From: Leptolyngbyaceae cyanobacterium
GTDB lineage: Bacteria > Cyanobacteriota > Cyanobacteriia > Phormidesmidales > Phormidesmidaceae
DNA length: 64,000 nt
Assembly (NCBI GenBank): GCA_965263355.1
Contig: CBDHHL010000032.1
Location: forward strand, 2,464,001 to 2,528,000
Reading direction: 5' to 3'
Below, piece after piece: positions 11,470 through 22,115 of the stretch. The notes below the pieces were generated by a model, which worked only from the letters and a program-made list of their open reading frames with translations, was not told the DNA's origin and made no database searches. Position numbers and translations under genes: made by a program. Position 1 is the stretch's first letter. Every line of letters begins with the position of its first letter.

Positions 11470-12999
11470 ATGAGTTTAACCCCCTTTGGATATCGTTTGA
11501 AGTTTTGGGCAGTCATCCTCGGAGTTGGCCTGATTAGTGTGAATTGTGGTAATCCCAATAGCTCAACAGTGGATGAAAGTGAGGGCCTATCAACAGAGCC
11601 ACGATTTGATGGTGTGACCCTGACCGTTGCAGGCTTGAAATATCCCATCGGCAATGCCTATGAGGCCCATGCTAAAAGCTTTGAAACGATGACAGGGGCT
11701 AACGTCGTCTTCGAAACAGTGGATGAGTTTGGGGATGTCTATGACAGTATCGCTGTAGATTACACTTCAGGTAATAATCGCTACGACGTTATTGTTTACA
11801 CGCCACTGTGGTTACCTGACCTGGTTAAAGCAAACTATCTGGCCGATTTGACAGCACGGGTTAACGCTGACAAAGTGCTTGAGTGGGATGACATTGTGCC
11901 TTTCTTCCAGAAGTATGGAGGAACCTACGATAATAAAATTTACGGTATTCCTGCCGATGGCGATTACTACATGCTCTACTATCGCAGTGATTTGTTAGAG
12001 CAGAACAGTTTGGAACCACCTAGAACTTGGGATGAGTATCTGGCAATCGCTGAACAATTCCATGGCCAGGATCTCAATGGAGACGATACTCCTGATTATG
12101 GCTCTTGTCTTCCTAAGCAACCTAATCATGTGGGCTGGTGGGCATTCTGGTCTATTGCCGGGTCATATTTACAAAGTCATGGAACCAGCCAGGGTGGGTT
12201 CTTTGATGTTGAAACCATGCAGCCATTGACCAATAATGCTGCTTTTGCTGAGGCACTCGATGTGTATAAGACTACTGGGAAATATGGCCCGCCCGATGAA
12301 TTGACCCATTCTATGAGTGATGCAAGAGAGCGTTTTATATCCGGACGTTGTGCCCTGACCATGGACCATGGAAATATGGGAGCACTGACCATTGCTCCCC
12401 AGTCTCAAGTTGAAGATAAGGTAGGAACAGCTATTTTGCCTGGAGCAACAAAGGTACTCGATCGCAAAGCTGGAGAGCTAGTTGCTTGTGACAAATTTAC
12501 CTGTCCCTACAGTATCAATGGTGTCAACCATGCCCCCTATGCCGCTCTTATTGGTTGGACAGCTGGGGTTAATGCTGCGTCTGATCCGAAAGTACAGGAT
12601 GCAGCCTATGCATTTATTTCTTATGTAAGTCAGCCTGCCCAGGCTAATGTTGATGTCACAGTGGGCGAGACGGGCTTCAACCCTTACCGTATTTCCCAAC
12701 TTACAGATGCAGATACTTGGGTGCAGGCAGGCATGAGCCCTACTGCCGCTAACAAATATCTCGGTGGTATCGGGGCAAGTCTGAACAACCCTAATATTAT
12801 GCTGGATCTTACTATTCCTAATAACAACGGCTATCAGCAAGAGATTTTGGGGACAGCCTTATCCTCCTTTCTGGCCGGTGAAATCACTCGTGACCAGGCA
12901 ATGGAAACTATCACAACAGGTTGGGAAGCCCTGACAGATGAAATGGGGCGTACCCAACAAAAGGCAGTGTATCGTACTGGACTAGGTCTAGATTCTTAA
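11470..12999 (+). CDS. Extracellular solute-binding protein family 1 lipoprotein, SBP2
   Basis: Signal ending LISVN/C; YGIPADGD..LYYRSDLL..PPRTWDEY motif of family-1 SBPs. Start uncertain (11398, 11443 or 11470). Confidence 0.88.
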   Translation: MSLTPFGYRLKFWAVILGVGLISVNCGNPNSSTVDESEGLSTEPRFDGVTLTVAGLKYPIGNAYEAHAKSFETMTGANVVFETVDEFGDVYDSIAVDYTSGNNRYDVIVYTPLWLPDLVKANYLADLTARVNADKVLEWDDIVPFFQKYGGTYDNKIYGIPADGDYYMLYYRSDLLEQNSLEPPRTWDEYLAIAEQFHGQDLNGDDTPDYGSCLPKQPNHVGWWAFWSIAGSYLQSHGTSQGGFFDVETMQPLTNNAAFAEALDVYKTTGKYGPPDELTHSMSDARERFISGRCALTMDHGNMGALTIAPQSQVEDKVGTAILPGATKVLDRKAGELVACDKFTCPYSINGVNHAPYAALIGWTAGVNAASDPKVQDAAYAFISYVSQPAQANVDVTVGETGFNPYRISQLTDADTWVQAGMSPTAANKYLGGIGASLNNPNIMLDLTIPNNNGYQQEILGTALSSFLAGEITRDQAMETITTGWEALTDEMGRTQQKAVYRTGLGLDS

Positions 13000-13109
13000 C
13001 TGAAGAAAGAAAACTGTTGTGTAAATAGGGTCAAGATAAATTCATTCGTTTAGCAGCGTAACACCATCAAACTCGTCAAGCCATCAAGACGTTATTCCAG
13101 ACCATTGCT

Positions 13110-15773
13110 ATGAAATCCTGGAGCCTGAGTACTAAAATTGTGGTTGCTTTCTCAGCACTGGTCACCTTAGCGGCAGGTAGCCTCACAGTTGAGCAATATT
13201 GGCAATTACGTATCAGTCAGCGGCAGGCATTAAAAGATAGACTGCTGGAAATTGTGCAGCTGGCAGCACCTCAAATTGACAGTGATTACCACAGTTTGGT
13301 AGTTTCGTCCCAGGATGCAAGTACAGTCTATTATCAAATAAACTGGCATAAACTTAAGCAAATTCAGGCTGCTAGTGACGATATTCTGCGCATTTATACA
13401 ATTCGTCAACAATCGGATGAATTATATAGATATGTGTTGGATTACTTACCAGAACAAGAAGATTCTGAAGCAAAGGTCGGAGAGATTTTAGAAACACCCC
13501 CGCCTTTGTTGGCTAATGGTTTGGCTTTAGTGCAGCCCCAAGTAGAGCATCAAATTACGATCAATAGCCAAAATGAACCTGTGTTATACGGCTATGCCCC
13601 TATCCAAGGGGCGTTTGGTCGTATGGATGGTCTACTAGTTGTAGAGCTAGATGCTCGTCCTGTATTGCAGCGAGAACTAAGGGCACAGCTCATTACCTTA
13701 GTCATCTTCTTAGTCATCTTGCTCCTTACCTGGGGGGTGGTTTGGTATCTGACCCAATCGCTTGTAGTGCGCCCTACCTTAGCGTTAACCAGAGCCGCAC
13801 AAAATTTAGCTGACGGTGCCTGGGATGAAACGATCCCCACCGAACGAAAGGATGAGTTGGGAACTTTAGCTCGTTCATTTAAGCACATGGCTCAGCAACT
13901 AAAGGAAAGTTTTCGGTCCTTAGAAGATTATTCTCAAAATCTTGAACTCAGGGTAGAAGAACGAACTCAAAAACTAAAAGAGTCTCAGCAGCTGCTCAAT
14001 CTGGTGATGAACAATATCCCTCAATCAATCTTTTGGAAAGATCTCAACAGTGTTTATCTAGGTAGTAACCAGAGTTTTGCTCAGATAGCAGGGCTGACTC
14101 CTGAGACAATTATTGGTAAAACTGATTATGATTTGCCCTGGACAAAGCAGGAAGCTGCTTTTTTTGTTGAGTGCGATCGCAAAGTAATGGTCTCTGACCA
14201 GGCCGAAATGGGTATTGTCGAGCCCCAGCGGCAGGCAAATGGCAAACAAGCATGGTTAGAGACCAGTAAACTCCCTCTACATGATTCTGATGGCAACGTA
14301 ATAGGGATAATGGGCATTTTTCAGGATGTGACCTCTTACAAAGAAGCCGAAGCTGCTGCTAAGCAGGCTAGCGAAGCTAAGAGTGAATTTTTAGCCAATA
14401 TGAGTCATGAGTTGCGTACACCCCTTAACGGGATCTTAGGCTATGCCCAAATTTTAGAACGCAATCAAACCCTTGGTAAGGAAGCACAACGTGGGCTCAA
14501 TATCATTCAACAGTGTGGCTCTCATCTGCTGACCTTGATTAACGATATTTTGGATCTTGCCAAGATTGAGGCACGTAAACTACAGCTTATATCGACTGCC
14601 CTCCATCTTCCATCTTTTCTACAGAGTGTAGTGGAAATATGCAAAATCAAGGCAGACCAAAAAGACATTAAGTTTATTTATCGACCGACCTCTCGACTGC
14701 CAGAGGGCATAAAAGCTGATGAAAAAAAACTGCGGCAGGTACTGATTAACCTATTGAGTAATGCGATCAAGTTTACTGATCAAGGAACAGTCACATTACA
14801 GGTAGATGTACTATCGTTGTCGGAAACCCATACTTCAATTTTGTTTCAGGTTATGGATACGGGTGTGGGCATCGCCAAAGAAAATCTCACCAAATTATTT
14901 GAAGCATTTGAGCAAGTGGGCGATCAGCAAAAACAATCAGAAGGGACCGGTCTAGGGTTGGCGATTAGTCAGCAGATTGTGCAATTGATGGGAGGTACGC
15001 TCCAGGTTAAGAGTGAATTAGGCAAGGGCAGTGAGTTTTTCTTTACGATTGAGTTGCCCTTAGCAACAGATTGGGCGGAGCAGCAGGGACATTCGAACAG
15101 TAGCAACCACATCATTGGCTATGAAGGTGAGCATTATCAGATCCTGGTGGTTGACGATCGCTGGGAAAATCGGGCTGTTATTCGAAATTTGTTGATCCCC
15201 CTCGGTTTTGAGGTGATAGAAGCAGAAAATGGTCAAGAGGGCCTAGAACAACTTCGAGCTAACCAGCCTGAACTGGTCATTACTGATTTGGCGATGCCCG
15301 TGATGGACGGATTTGAATTTTTGCAACACATTCGTAATTCGGATGATTTAAAGCACATCCGTGTGGTTGTTTCATCTGCTTCAGTGGCACAAAAGGATCA
15401 ACGCATGGCTTTGGATAGTGGAGGAGATGACTTTTTAGCGAAGCCTGTAAATGCTGACGCTTTATTCACCTCACTGGCAAATAATCTTCAATTAACGTGG
15501 ATTTACAAGGCTGCAGATGAGACTAGGACTAATTCTAAAGAACTATCCACCGAGGTGGTGGTGCCATCGCGTCAAGTCCTGGAAGCACTGCTAAAATCTG
15601 CCCAAGAAGCCAACATCAAAGCCCTTAGAGTACAACTTGCAGAGTTAACTGAGTCTGACCAAATATATATACCCTTCGCTGAGCCTATTTTGCAACTTAG
15701 CCGTCGGTTTGAAGCAGAGGAAATAGAGGCACTATTACAAAAATACCTTACTGGGGAGTTGCACCATGCCTGA
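13110..15773 (+). CDS. Hybrid sensor histidine kinase HK3 (periplasmic sensor-HAMP-PAS-HisKA-HATPase-REC)
   Basis: Two TM segments, HAMP, PAS/PAC (IPQSIFWKD...IIGKTDYDLPW...GIFQDVT), [12 protein letters not shown]. Confidence 0.94.
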   Translation: MKSWSLSTKIVVAFSALVTLAAGSLTVEQYWQLRISQRQALKDRLLEIVQLAAPQIDSDYHSLVVSSQDASTVYYQINWHKLKQIQAASDDILRIYTIRQQSDELYRYVLDYLPEQEDSEAKVGEILETPPPLLANGLALVQPQVEHQITINSQNEPVLYGYAPIQGAFGRMDGLLVVELDARPVLQRELRAQLITLVIFLVILLLTWGVVWYLTQSLVVRPTLALTRAAQNLADGAWDETIPTERKDELGTLARSFKHMAQQLKESFRSLEDYSQNLELRVEERTQKLKESQQLLNLVMNNIPQSIFWKDLNSVYLGSNQSFAQIAGLTPETIIGKTDYDLPWTKQEAAFFVECDRKVMVSDQAEMGIVEPQRQANGKQAWLETSKLPLHDSDGNVIGIMGIFQDVTSYKEAEAAAKQASEAKSEFLANMSHELRTPLNGILGYAQILERNQTLGKEAQRGLNIIQQCGSHLLTLINDILDLAKIEARKLQLISTALHLPSFLQSVVEICKIKADQKDIKFIYRPTSRLPEGIKADEKKLRQVLINLLSNAIKFTDQGTVTLQVDVLSLSETHTSILFQVMDTGVGIAKENLTKLFEAFEQVGDQQKQSEGTGLGLAISQQIVQLMGGTLQVKSELGKGSEFFFTIELPLATDWAEQQGHSNSSNHIIGYEGEHYQILVVDDRWENRAVIRNLLIPLGFEVIEAENGQEGLEQLRANQPELVITDLAMPVMDGFEFLQHIRNSDDLKHIRVVVSSASVAQKDQRMALDSGGDDFLAKPVNADALFTSLANNLQLTWIYKAADETRTNSKELSTEVVVPSRQVLEALLKSAQEANIKALRVQLAELTESDQIYIPFAEPILQLSRRFEAEEIEALLQKYLTGELHHA

Positions 15774-18012
15774 AAAAGATCAAGAGAAGGCAGACTATAA
15801 AAATTTTGCAGATGCGCAAGATATCAGACACTTTCCTCAAGGACACTTAGAACTCATTCAAGTAGGGGGGGCAACCGTAGGTAGAGCTGTCTTTGAACCT
15901 GGATGGAACTGGGAAACATCTATACAACCGTTAGCACAAACATCAAGTTGTCTAGCTCCACACTTTCAGTACCATGTCAGGGGAGTTTTGCATATTGTGA
16001 TGGATGATGGCACAGAATTTGACTGTAAACCCGGTGATGTCTCTTACCTGCCCACGGGGCATGGAGGCTGGACAGTAGGGGATGAACCTGCTGAAGTCAT
16101 CGATTTTCAAGGCATGCTCGACTATGCTCAACAAAAACAAAAACAAGTAGAAAAAAAGCTTAATCGGTTGATCGAGGAATCCCCTTTACCCATATTGGTG
16201 ATTAATAACGATGGTCAAGTAATAAATTCGCTATCCAACCAAAGTTTTCAAAATTTAATGGGTTTTGCTCATGCCAAGATTGTTTACAACCAAAGATTTG
16301 AGGAGGTATTGGGGTTTAAGTCAGGGGAATTAAAAACTATAACTGATTGGTGGAATAGAGCATTCCCCGATGAGGACTATCGTCTAAAGGTTATTCATGA
16401 TTGGAATGCAAAATTTGAACAATCAGTTCAATCAGATGGTTCTGTTTCTCCCTCAGAAGTAGAGGTTCAATGTAAAAATAATGAACGCAGAATCTTTCAG
16501 GTACATTTATCGAGAGTAGATTCTCAGAGTATGGCTATTTTTGTCGATTTAACAGAACAAATTCGACAGAAAACTTTGTTAGAGGAAGCCAAGAAATCGG
16601 CTGACAAAGCCAATCAAGCCAAAAGTAAATTTCTTGCGAACATGAGCCACGAACTCCGTACTCCCCTTAATGGAATTCTTGGTTATGCCCAAATTTTGAG
16701 TCGGTCTTCAGAATTACCAGAAAAAGAGCAGAAGGGGGTAGACATTATTCATCAATGTGGATCGCACCTCCTTACATTGATTAACGATATTTTAGATCTG
16801 TCTAAAATCGAGGCTCAAAAACTAGAGCTAGTCCCCACCGCACTTCATTTGCCATCTTTACTACTAAGCGTAGTGGAAATGTGTAAAATTAAGGCCGATC
16901 AGAAAGGTATTGATTTTATTTATAAACCTAGTTCTCGTTTGCCAGAGGGGATTAAGGCAGATGAAAGACACTTGCGTCAGGTTCTCATTAATTTGCTAGG
17001 GAATGCTATTAAATTTACTGATTCTGGTCATGTGAGCTTATGGGTAGATGTCTTAAAACAATCAGATACTCAAGCGTCTTTGCTATTTCAAGTCGTTGAT
17101 ACTGGGGTAGGCATTGCAGAAGAGAATCTTATCAAACTCTTTGAAGCTTTTGAGCAAGTTGGCGAGCAGAAAAAACAGTCTGAAGGAACGGGGCTAGGAT
17201 TAGCTATCAGTCAGCGCATTGTCCAACTGATGGGTGGAACGATCAACGTTAAGAGCCAACTGGAGAAGGGAAGCGAATTTTTCTTCAGTATTGACTTGCC
17301 AATAGTTGATGATTGGGAGCAACAGCTCAGAGGAGATGGAAATAATCATATCATTGGCTATGAAGGTAAGCGTTATCAGATCTTGGTAGTAGATGATCGC
17401 TGGGAGAATCGGGCTGTCATCCAAAATCTGTTAGAACCCTTGGGCTTTAAAGTCATTGAGGCAGAGAATGGACAAGAAGGACTAAAAAAACTTCGAGCTA
17501 ATCAACCAGATCTGGTGATTACTGATTTAGCTATGCCTGTAGTGGATGGCTTTGAGTTTTTGCAGTACATTCGCAACTCAGATGATTTAAAGCGCAGTCG
17601 TGTGATTGTGTCTTCTGCCTCGGTGGCTCAAGAAGATCAACGCATGGCTCTAGAAAGCGGGGGCGATGACTTCCTCGCAAAACCAGTGAATGCTGACGCT
17701 TTATTCACTTTACTTGCAAATAATCTTCAATTAACATGGATTTACAAGGTTGCAGACGATATTAGAACTGGTTCTAAGGAACTACCCGCTCAGGTGGTGG
17801 TGCCACCGCGTCAAGTTCTGGAAGCACTTCTAAAATCTGCCCAAGAAGCTAATGTAAAAGACATTAGGGTACAACTTGCAGAGTTAACCGAGCTTGATCA
17901 AATATATATGCCTTTTGCTGAACCGATTTTGCAACTTAGTCGACAGTTTGAGATAGAGGAAATAGAGGCACTATTAGAGAGGCACCTGGATGAAGGATTG
18001 CTCCATAGCTGA
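15766..18012 (+). CDS. Cytoplasmic hybrid histidine kinase HK4 with N-terminal cupin domain and PAS-like domain
   Basis: aa 1-122 are cupin-like (FEPGWNW, APHFQYH, MDDG.EF..PGDV..P.GH..W.VGDEP), followed by a PAS-like segment, SHELRTPLN, HATPase and REC. No TM segment. Overlaps the HK3 stop by ATGCCTGA. Confidence 0.9.
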   Translation: MPEKDQEKADYKNFADAQDIRHFPQGHLELIQVGGATVGRAVFEPGWNWETSIQPLAQTSSCLAPHFQYHVRGVLHIVMDDGTEFDCKPGDVSYLPTGHGGWTVGDEPAEVIDFQGMLDYAQQKQKQVEKKLNRLIEESPLPILVINNDGQVINSLSNQSFQNLMGFAHAKIVYNQRFEEVLGFKSGELKTITDWWNRAFPDEDYRLKVIHDWNAKFEQSVQSDGSVSPSEVEVQCKNNERRIFQVHLSRVDSQSMAIFVDLTEQIRQKTLLEEAKKSADKANQAKSKFLANMSHELRTPLNGILGYAQILSRSSELPEKEQKGVDIIHQCGSHLLTLINDILDLSKIEAQKLELVPTALHLPSLLLSVVEMCKIKADQKGIDFIYKPSSRLPEGIKADERHLRQVLINLLGNAIKFTDSGHVSLWVDVLKQSDTQASLLFQVVDTGVGIAEENLIKLFEAFEQVGEQKKQSEGTGLGLAISQRIVQLMGGTINVKSQLEKGSEFFFSIDLPIVDDWEQQLRGDGNNHIIGYEGKRYQILVVDDRWENRAVIQNLLEPLGFKVIEAENGQEGLKKLRANQPDLVITDLAMPVVDGFEFLQYIRNSDDLKRSRVIVSSASVAQEDQRMALESGGDDFLAKPVNADALFTLLANNLQLTWIYKVADDIRTGSKELPAQVVVPPRQVLEALLKSAQEANVKDIRVQLAELTELDQIYMPFAEPILQLSRQFEIEEIEALLERHLDEGLLHS

Positions 18013-18059
18013 CAGCAATAAGAGGTTAAGAGTATGTTCGTTTACCGTAAGTTTACTGA

Positions 18060-19508
18060 ATGGCAATGAAGCTTATAAAGAGAAACACTACTTTAATAGG
18101 CCTAATACTCTTGGAATTAGCGACTAATCTTTCAGGCTGTTCCCTGCTTCAACGTCAAACTCAGATCTCTGAAATACAAGTTGCAGCAGGTCAAACTGCA
18201 CCTGATACCGAAGATTCGTTGGTTATTTGGTGGGAACAGGGATATGGAGTTGACGCTAACGAAGCCATTATTCAACTAGTTGAACAATGGGAGAAAATCT
18301 CTGGTATAGAAGTCACCCTCAAACTGAAACCTGCTCCCCTTGATGAGCAACTCGCCTTAGCGATTCGTCAGGGAGATACGCCTGACATTGCGTTTAACGG
18401 TCCAATTTCTCTTATTATTCCGCAGTTAGCAGGTACTGGGCAGCTTACAGATGTTTCCGACGTTATTAATCCGATTCACAATACTTTTAATCCCAATGCG
18501 TTGGCAGGAGCAACCTATCTAAATCAGGTTACAGGTGAGCAGAGCTTTTATGCTATCCCCACTGGGATGGTTACTTATAATATCCACTACTGGCGGCCCT
18601 ATCTCGAGCAGGTGGGACTGAGCAATAAGGATATTCCGCATGACTGGCAAGGGTTTTGGGCCTTTTGGAAAACCCTCCGCGATGATCTTCACAAAGCTGG
18701 TGAAACGAACATCAATAGTTTTTGTCTTACATTGTCTGGTGATTCTCACGATGGCAAGGAAACCCTGGCCATATTTCTACATGGCAACAATGTGGAAATA
18801 TTTGATGCCCAAGGTCAGCTTGTACTCGATCATCCCCAAAATCGTCAGGGGTTAATTAATACATTTGTTCAATTATCCTCGCTATATAAAGATGGGTATA
18901 TTCTTCCAGGTGCGATTGATTGGCAAAATCCTGACGACAATTTTCAGTTTCTAGATCATCAATGTTTGCTGGTATTAAACGGATCGCTTTCAATTCCCTC
19001 CACCCAAAAACTTCCAGATACCATTTACAACCAGGCAGAAAATAACCGCTACACAAATGAAATCGTCACCTTACCCAAATGGCCCAATACCACCAATGGT
19101 AGTCCATTCAAAAATTTTATCGGCACCCAGGTAATTGTGGTTCCGGCTAGGGCAAATAATCCAGAAGCAGCTAAGCAGTTTTTGAGCTACCTCTTACAGC
19201 TAGAAAACTTTAGGCAATGGAATGAACAACTCAAAGGACGCTTTATTCCCTCGTTATCAGCACTTTTAAATACCCCGTTTTGGCAAGATCCTAATGACCC
19301 GCATTTTGCTGCAATTTTGGATATGCAAACAGAAACAACACAACCATATCCTCAAGCTCTCAACCCTGCTTATGCCGACATTGCTGAGCAAGAAGTTCTA
19401 ACTGGAGCATTGGAGCGCATTATTCAAGAGAATATCGCACCGGAAGTTGTTGTAGATGAGGCGATCGATCAGATTAAAGCATTGGTCAATCAATATGGGG
19501 AAGACTAA
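18060..19508 (+). CDS. Extracellular solute-binding protein family 1 lipoprotein, SBP3
   Basis: Lipobox-like NLSG/C; LVIWWEQG, GDTPDI, FYAIP, IP.DW..F and NPEAAKQFL motifs. Confidence 0.87.
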   Translation: MAMKLIKRNTTLIGLILLELATNLSGCSLLQRQTQISEIQVAAGQTAPDTEDSLVIWWEQGYGVDANEAIIQLVEQWEKISGIEVTLKLKPAPLDEQLALAIRQGDTPDIAFNGPISLIIPQLAGTGQLTDVSDVINPIHNTFNPNALAGATYLNQVTGEQSFYAIPTGMVTYNIHYWRPYLEQVGLSNKDIPHDWQGFWAFWKTLRDDLHKAGETNINSFCLTLSGDSHDGKETLAIFLHGNNVEIFDAQGQLVLDHPQNRQGLINTFVQLSSLYKDGYILPGAIDWQNPDDNFQFLDHQCLLVLNGSLSIPSTQKLPDTIYNQAENNRYTNEIVTLPKWPNTTNGSPFKNFIGTQVIVVPARANNPEAAKQFLSYLLQLENFRQWNEQLKGRFIPSLSALLNTPFWQDPNDPHFAAILDMQTETTQPYPQALNPAYADIAEQEVLTGALERIIQENIAPEVVVDEAIDQIKALVNQYGED

Positions 19509-19511
19509 ACT

Positions 19512-22115
19512 ATGGTGTCGTCATTACGTAAAAGCCTGCTGGCTAAAATCACCTTATCGTTTTCCCTTCTATCAGCAATAACGGTTGGCATTGTTGCCTT
19601 TGCAGGCTATCTACAAGCCCGAGGATCGCTGACAAAGGAAGTCGTCGATCGATTGACTGCCACAACCGCACTAAAGAGTACTCAGCTGGATGAATGGATT
19701 GATAACCAGCTACAGGATACCCTGTTAATTCGCTCTCAGTCAACTATTCGCGATGCCGTTGCAAGCCTCTTAGTCACAGACACCGCAACACCTGACTATG
19801 AACAAGCCTATGGCGAACTAACTCAGAATATTAATGATTGGATAGCATTTAAGCCTAATATGCAGAATATCTGGGTAACCACTAATGGTGGTTATGTCGT
19901 TTTTGATGCCCAGAATACCGACAATATTGGACGATATCGGCCTAACGGAGATCCCACAACATTTTTTACTGAAAAAATTGGTAGTAAAATTATTCCCAAC
20001 TTCTATATTTCTCCCCAAACCAGTCGCTCAGCCATTACGTTTGCAACACCAATCGTTGATCAAAATCAGCTGCAGATGGGGGCCATTGTCATCGATCTTC
20101 AACTAACAGATATTGATATGCTGATTCGAACCAATACTGGTTTGGGCAAAACTGCAGAAACCTATTTGATTGGTCGTAGCTCAGAGGGCGCTTTGTTTAT
20201 CTCAGGCTCCTATCAAGAGCAAGATAATACTCAGGAATATATCAGTAGCTTAGGTATTGAACAAGCCATTGAAGGTAAAGATGGCTTTGGCCTCTATAGA
20301 AATTATGCCAATGTTCCAGTTGTGGGGGTTTACCGCTGGTTGCCCAACAATGAGCTGGCGATAATATCAGAAATTTCTCAGACAGAAGCCTTTGCTCCAG
20401 CGCGAAAACTGGCCCGTAATATTATCTTGATTGGTCTGCTATCTGTCAGTACCTCGCTCATTATTGTATATTTACTCTCTCGGCAAATTGTGCAACCAAT
20501 TCTGGCAATTAGTGAATCTGCTAAAGCTCTGGCTGCTGGCGATTTAAATCAGACCACTCCAGTGATAACCGAGGATGAAGTTGGGATTCTGGCTCAAACG
20601 TTTAACCAAATGGCTACTCAGCTGCAGGGATTGGTGAACAATTTGGAAAAGCTTGTTCAGGAGCGTACTGTGGAACTAACTCAGGCAAAGAAAGCTGCCG
20701 ATCAGGCCAACCAAGCCAAGAGCGATTTCTTGGCGAATATGAGCCATGAGCTGCGCACTCCTCTCAACGGTATTTTAGGCTATGCCCAAATTTTAGGTTG
20801 TTCCCAGGCTTTGCCCAGCAGCAGAGAACGAGACTGGGTCAATATTATTCACCAATGTGGATCGCATTTGCTAACGCTGATTAATGATATCTTAGACCTG
20901 GCTAAGATTGAAGCTCGTAAGTTAGATCTGGTACCCATTAGCGTCCATTTACCTTCACTCCTCCAAAGTGTAGTAGAAATGTGCAAAGTCAAGGCAGTAC
21001 AGAAGGGTATCGAGTTTATCTATCAACCCAGTTCTCGGTTGCCAGAGAGTGTGGAAGTTGATGAAAAACGACTACGACAAGTACTGATCAATTTGTTGGG
21101 TAATGCCATAAAATTCACCAACCAGGGGTTGGTTATACTCCAGGTCGATGTACTGTCACTGTCTGAAACACACGCTTCAATCTTGTTTCAGATCATTGAT
21201 ACCGGAGTAGGCATTGCCGAAGAAAATCTCACTAAGCTGTTTGAAGCATTTGAACAAGTCGGTGATCAGAAAACACAATCGGAGGGGACTGGACTTGGCT
21301 TGGCTATTAGTCAGCAGATTGTGCAACTGATGGGAGGAACGATTCAAGTCAAAAGTGAGTTGGGCAAGGGTAGTGAGTTTTACTTTACGATTGAGTTGCC
21401 CCTAGTATTAAATTGGGCTGAACAGCAAGGGAATTCGGAAAGTAGCAGGCTAATCGTTGGGTATGAAGGAGAACCTTACCAAATCCTGGTGGTGGATGAT
21501 CGCTGGGAGAATCGGGCTGTTATTCAAAATCTGCTGGAACCCCTTGGATTTGAAATAATTGAAGCTGAGAATGGACAAGAAGGATTAGCACAACTTCAAG
21601 CCAATCAACCTGATCTGGTGATTACCGATTTGGTCATGCCTGTAATGAATGGATTTGAATTTTTGCAGCATATTCGCAATTCAAACGAGTTCAAACATAC
21701 CCGTGTAATTGTATCGTCTGCTTCAGTATCACAATTGGATCAGCGTATGGCTTTAGAAAACGGAGGAGATGACTTTCTTGCAAAACCCGTTGACGCTAGT
21801 GCCTTATTTAACTCACTGGCAAACCAGTTACAGTTAACGTGGCAGTATGAGGTTGAGGAAAATGCGGTAATGACTGCTAAGGTAGCGTCTATTGAAATGG
21901 TTTTACCTACATCTCAAATCCTGGAAGCACTATTAAAATCAGCCCAGGAAGCTGATATCAAAAACCTCAGAATCCAGTTAGTAGAATTGACCGAGGCTGA
22001 TCCAGCATATCTACCCTTTGCTGAACCTATTTTGCAACTGAGCCGACAGTTTGAGGCTGAGGAAATAGAGGCACTATTACAGAAGTACTTGGATGAGGGA
22101 TTACGCCATGCCTGA
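19512..22115 (+). CDS. Hybrid sensor histidine kinase HK5 (dCache-like-HAMP-HisKA-HATPase-REC)
   Basis: TGLGKTAETYLI and GFGLYRNY..VPVVGVYRWL (Cache-type), [23 protein letters not shown]. Starts 3 bp after SBP3. Confidence 0.94.
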   Translation: MVSSLRKSLLAKITLSFSLLSAITVGIVAFAGYLQARGSLTKEVVDRLTATTALKSTQLDEWIDNQLQDTLLIRSQSTIRDAVASLLVTDTATPDYEQAYGELTQNINDWIAFKPNMQNIWVTTNGGYVVFDAQNTDNIGRYRPNGDPTTFFTEKIGSKIIPNFYISPQTSRSAITFATPIVDQNQLQMGAIVIDLQLTDIDMLIRTNTGLGKTAETYLIGRSSEGALFISGSYQEQDNTQEYISSLGIEQAIEGKDGFGLYRNYANVPVVGVYRWLPNNELAIISEISQTEAFAPARKLARNIILIGLLSVSTSLIIVYLLSRQIVQPILAISESAKALAAGDLNQTTPVITEDEVGILAQTFNQMATQLQGLVNNLEKLVQERTVELTQAKKAADQANQAKSDFLANMSHELRTPLNGILGYAQILGCSQALPSSRERDWVNIIHQCGSHLLTLINDILDLAKIEARKLDLVPISVHLPSLLQSVVEMCKVKAVQKGIEFIYQPSSRLPESVEVDEKRLRQVLINLLGNAIKFTNQGLVILQVDVLSLSETHASILFQIIDTGVGIAEENLTKLFEAFEQVGDQKTQSEGTGLGLAISQQIVQLMGGTIQVKSELGKGSEFYFTIELPLVLNWAEQQGNSESSRLIVGYEGEPYQILVVDDRWENRAVIQNLLEPLGFEIIEAENGQEGLAQLQANQPDLVITDLVMPVMNGFEFLQHIRNSNEFKHTRVIVSSASVSQLDQRMALENGGDDFLAKPVDASALFNSLANQLQLTWQYEVEENAVMTAKVASIEMVLPTSQILEALLKSAQEADIKNLRIQLVELTEADPAYLPFAEPILQLSRQFEAEEIEALLQKYLDEGLRHA

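Noticed and set aside
6184..20106. Many short antisense or alternate-frame ORFs inside the kinases, some recurring
   Set aside because: Recurrence follows from the paralogous sense genes; no independent coding signal.
6800..22115. Kinase repeats as an assembly artefact or DGR-like target repeats
   Set aside because: Copies differ at many synonymous and non-synonymous sites of all base types and have distinct sensors; no reverse transcriptase is present.
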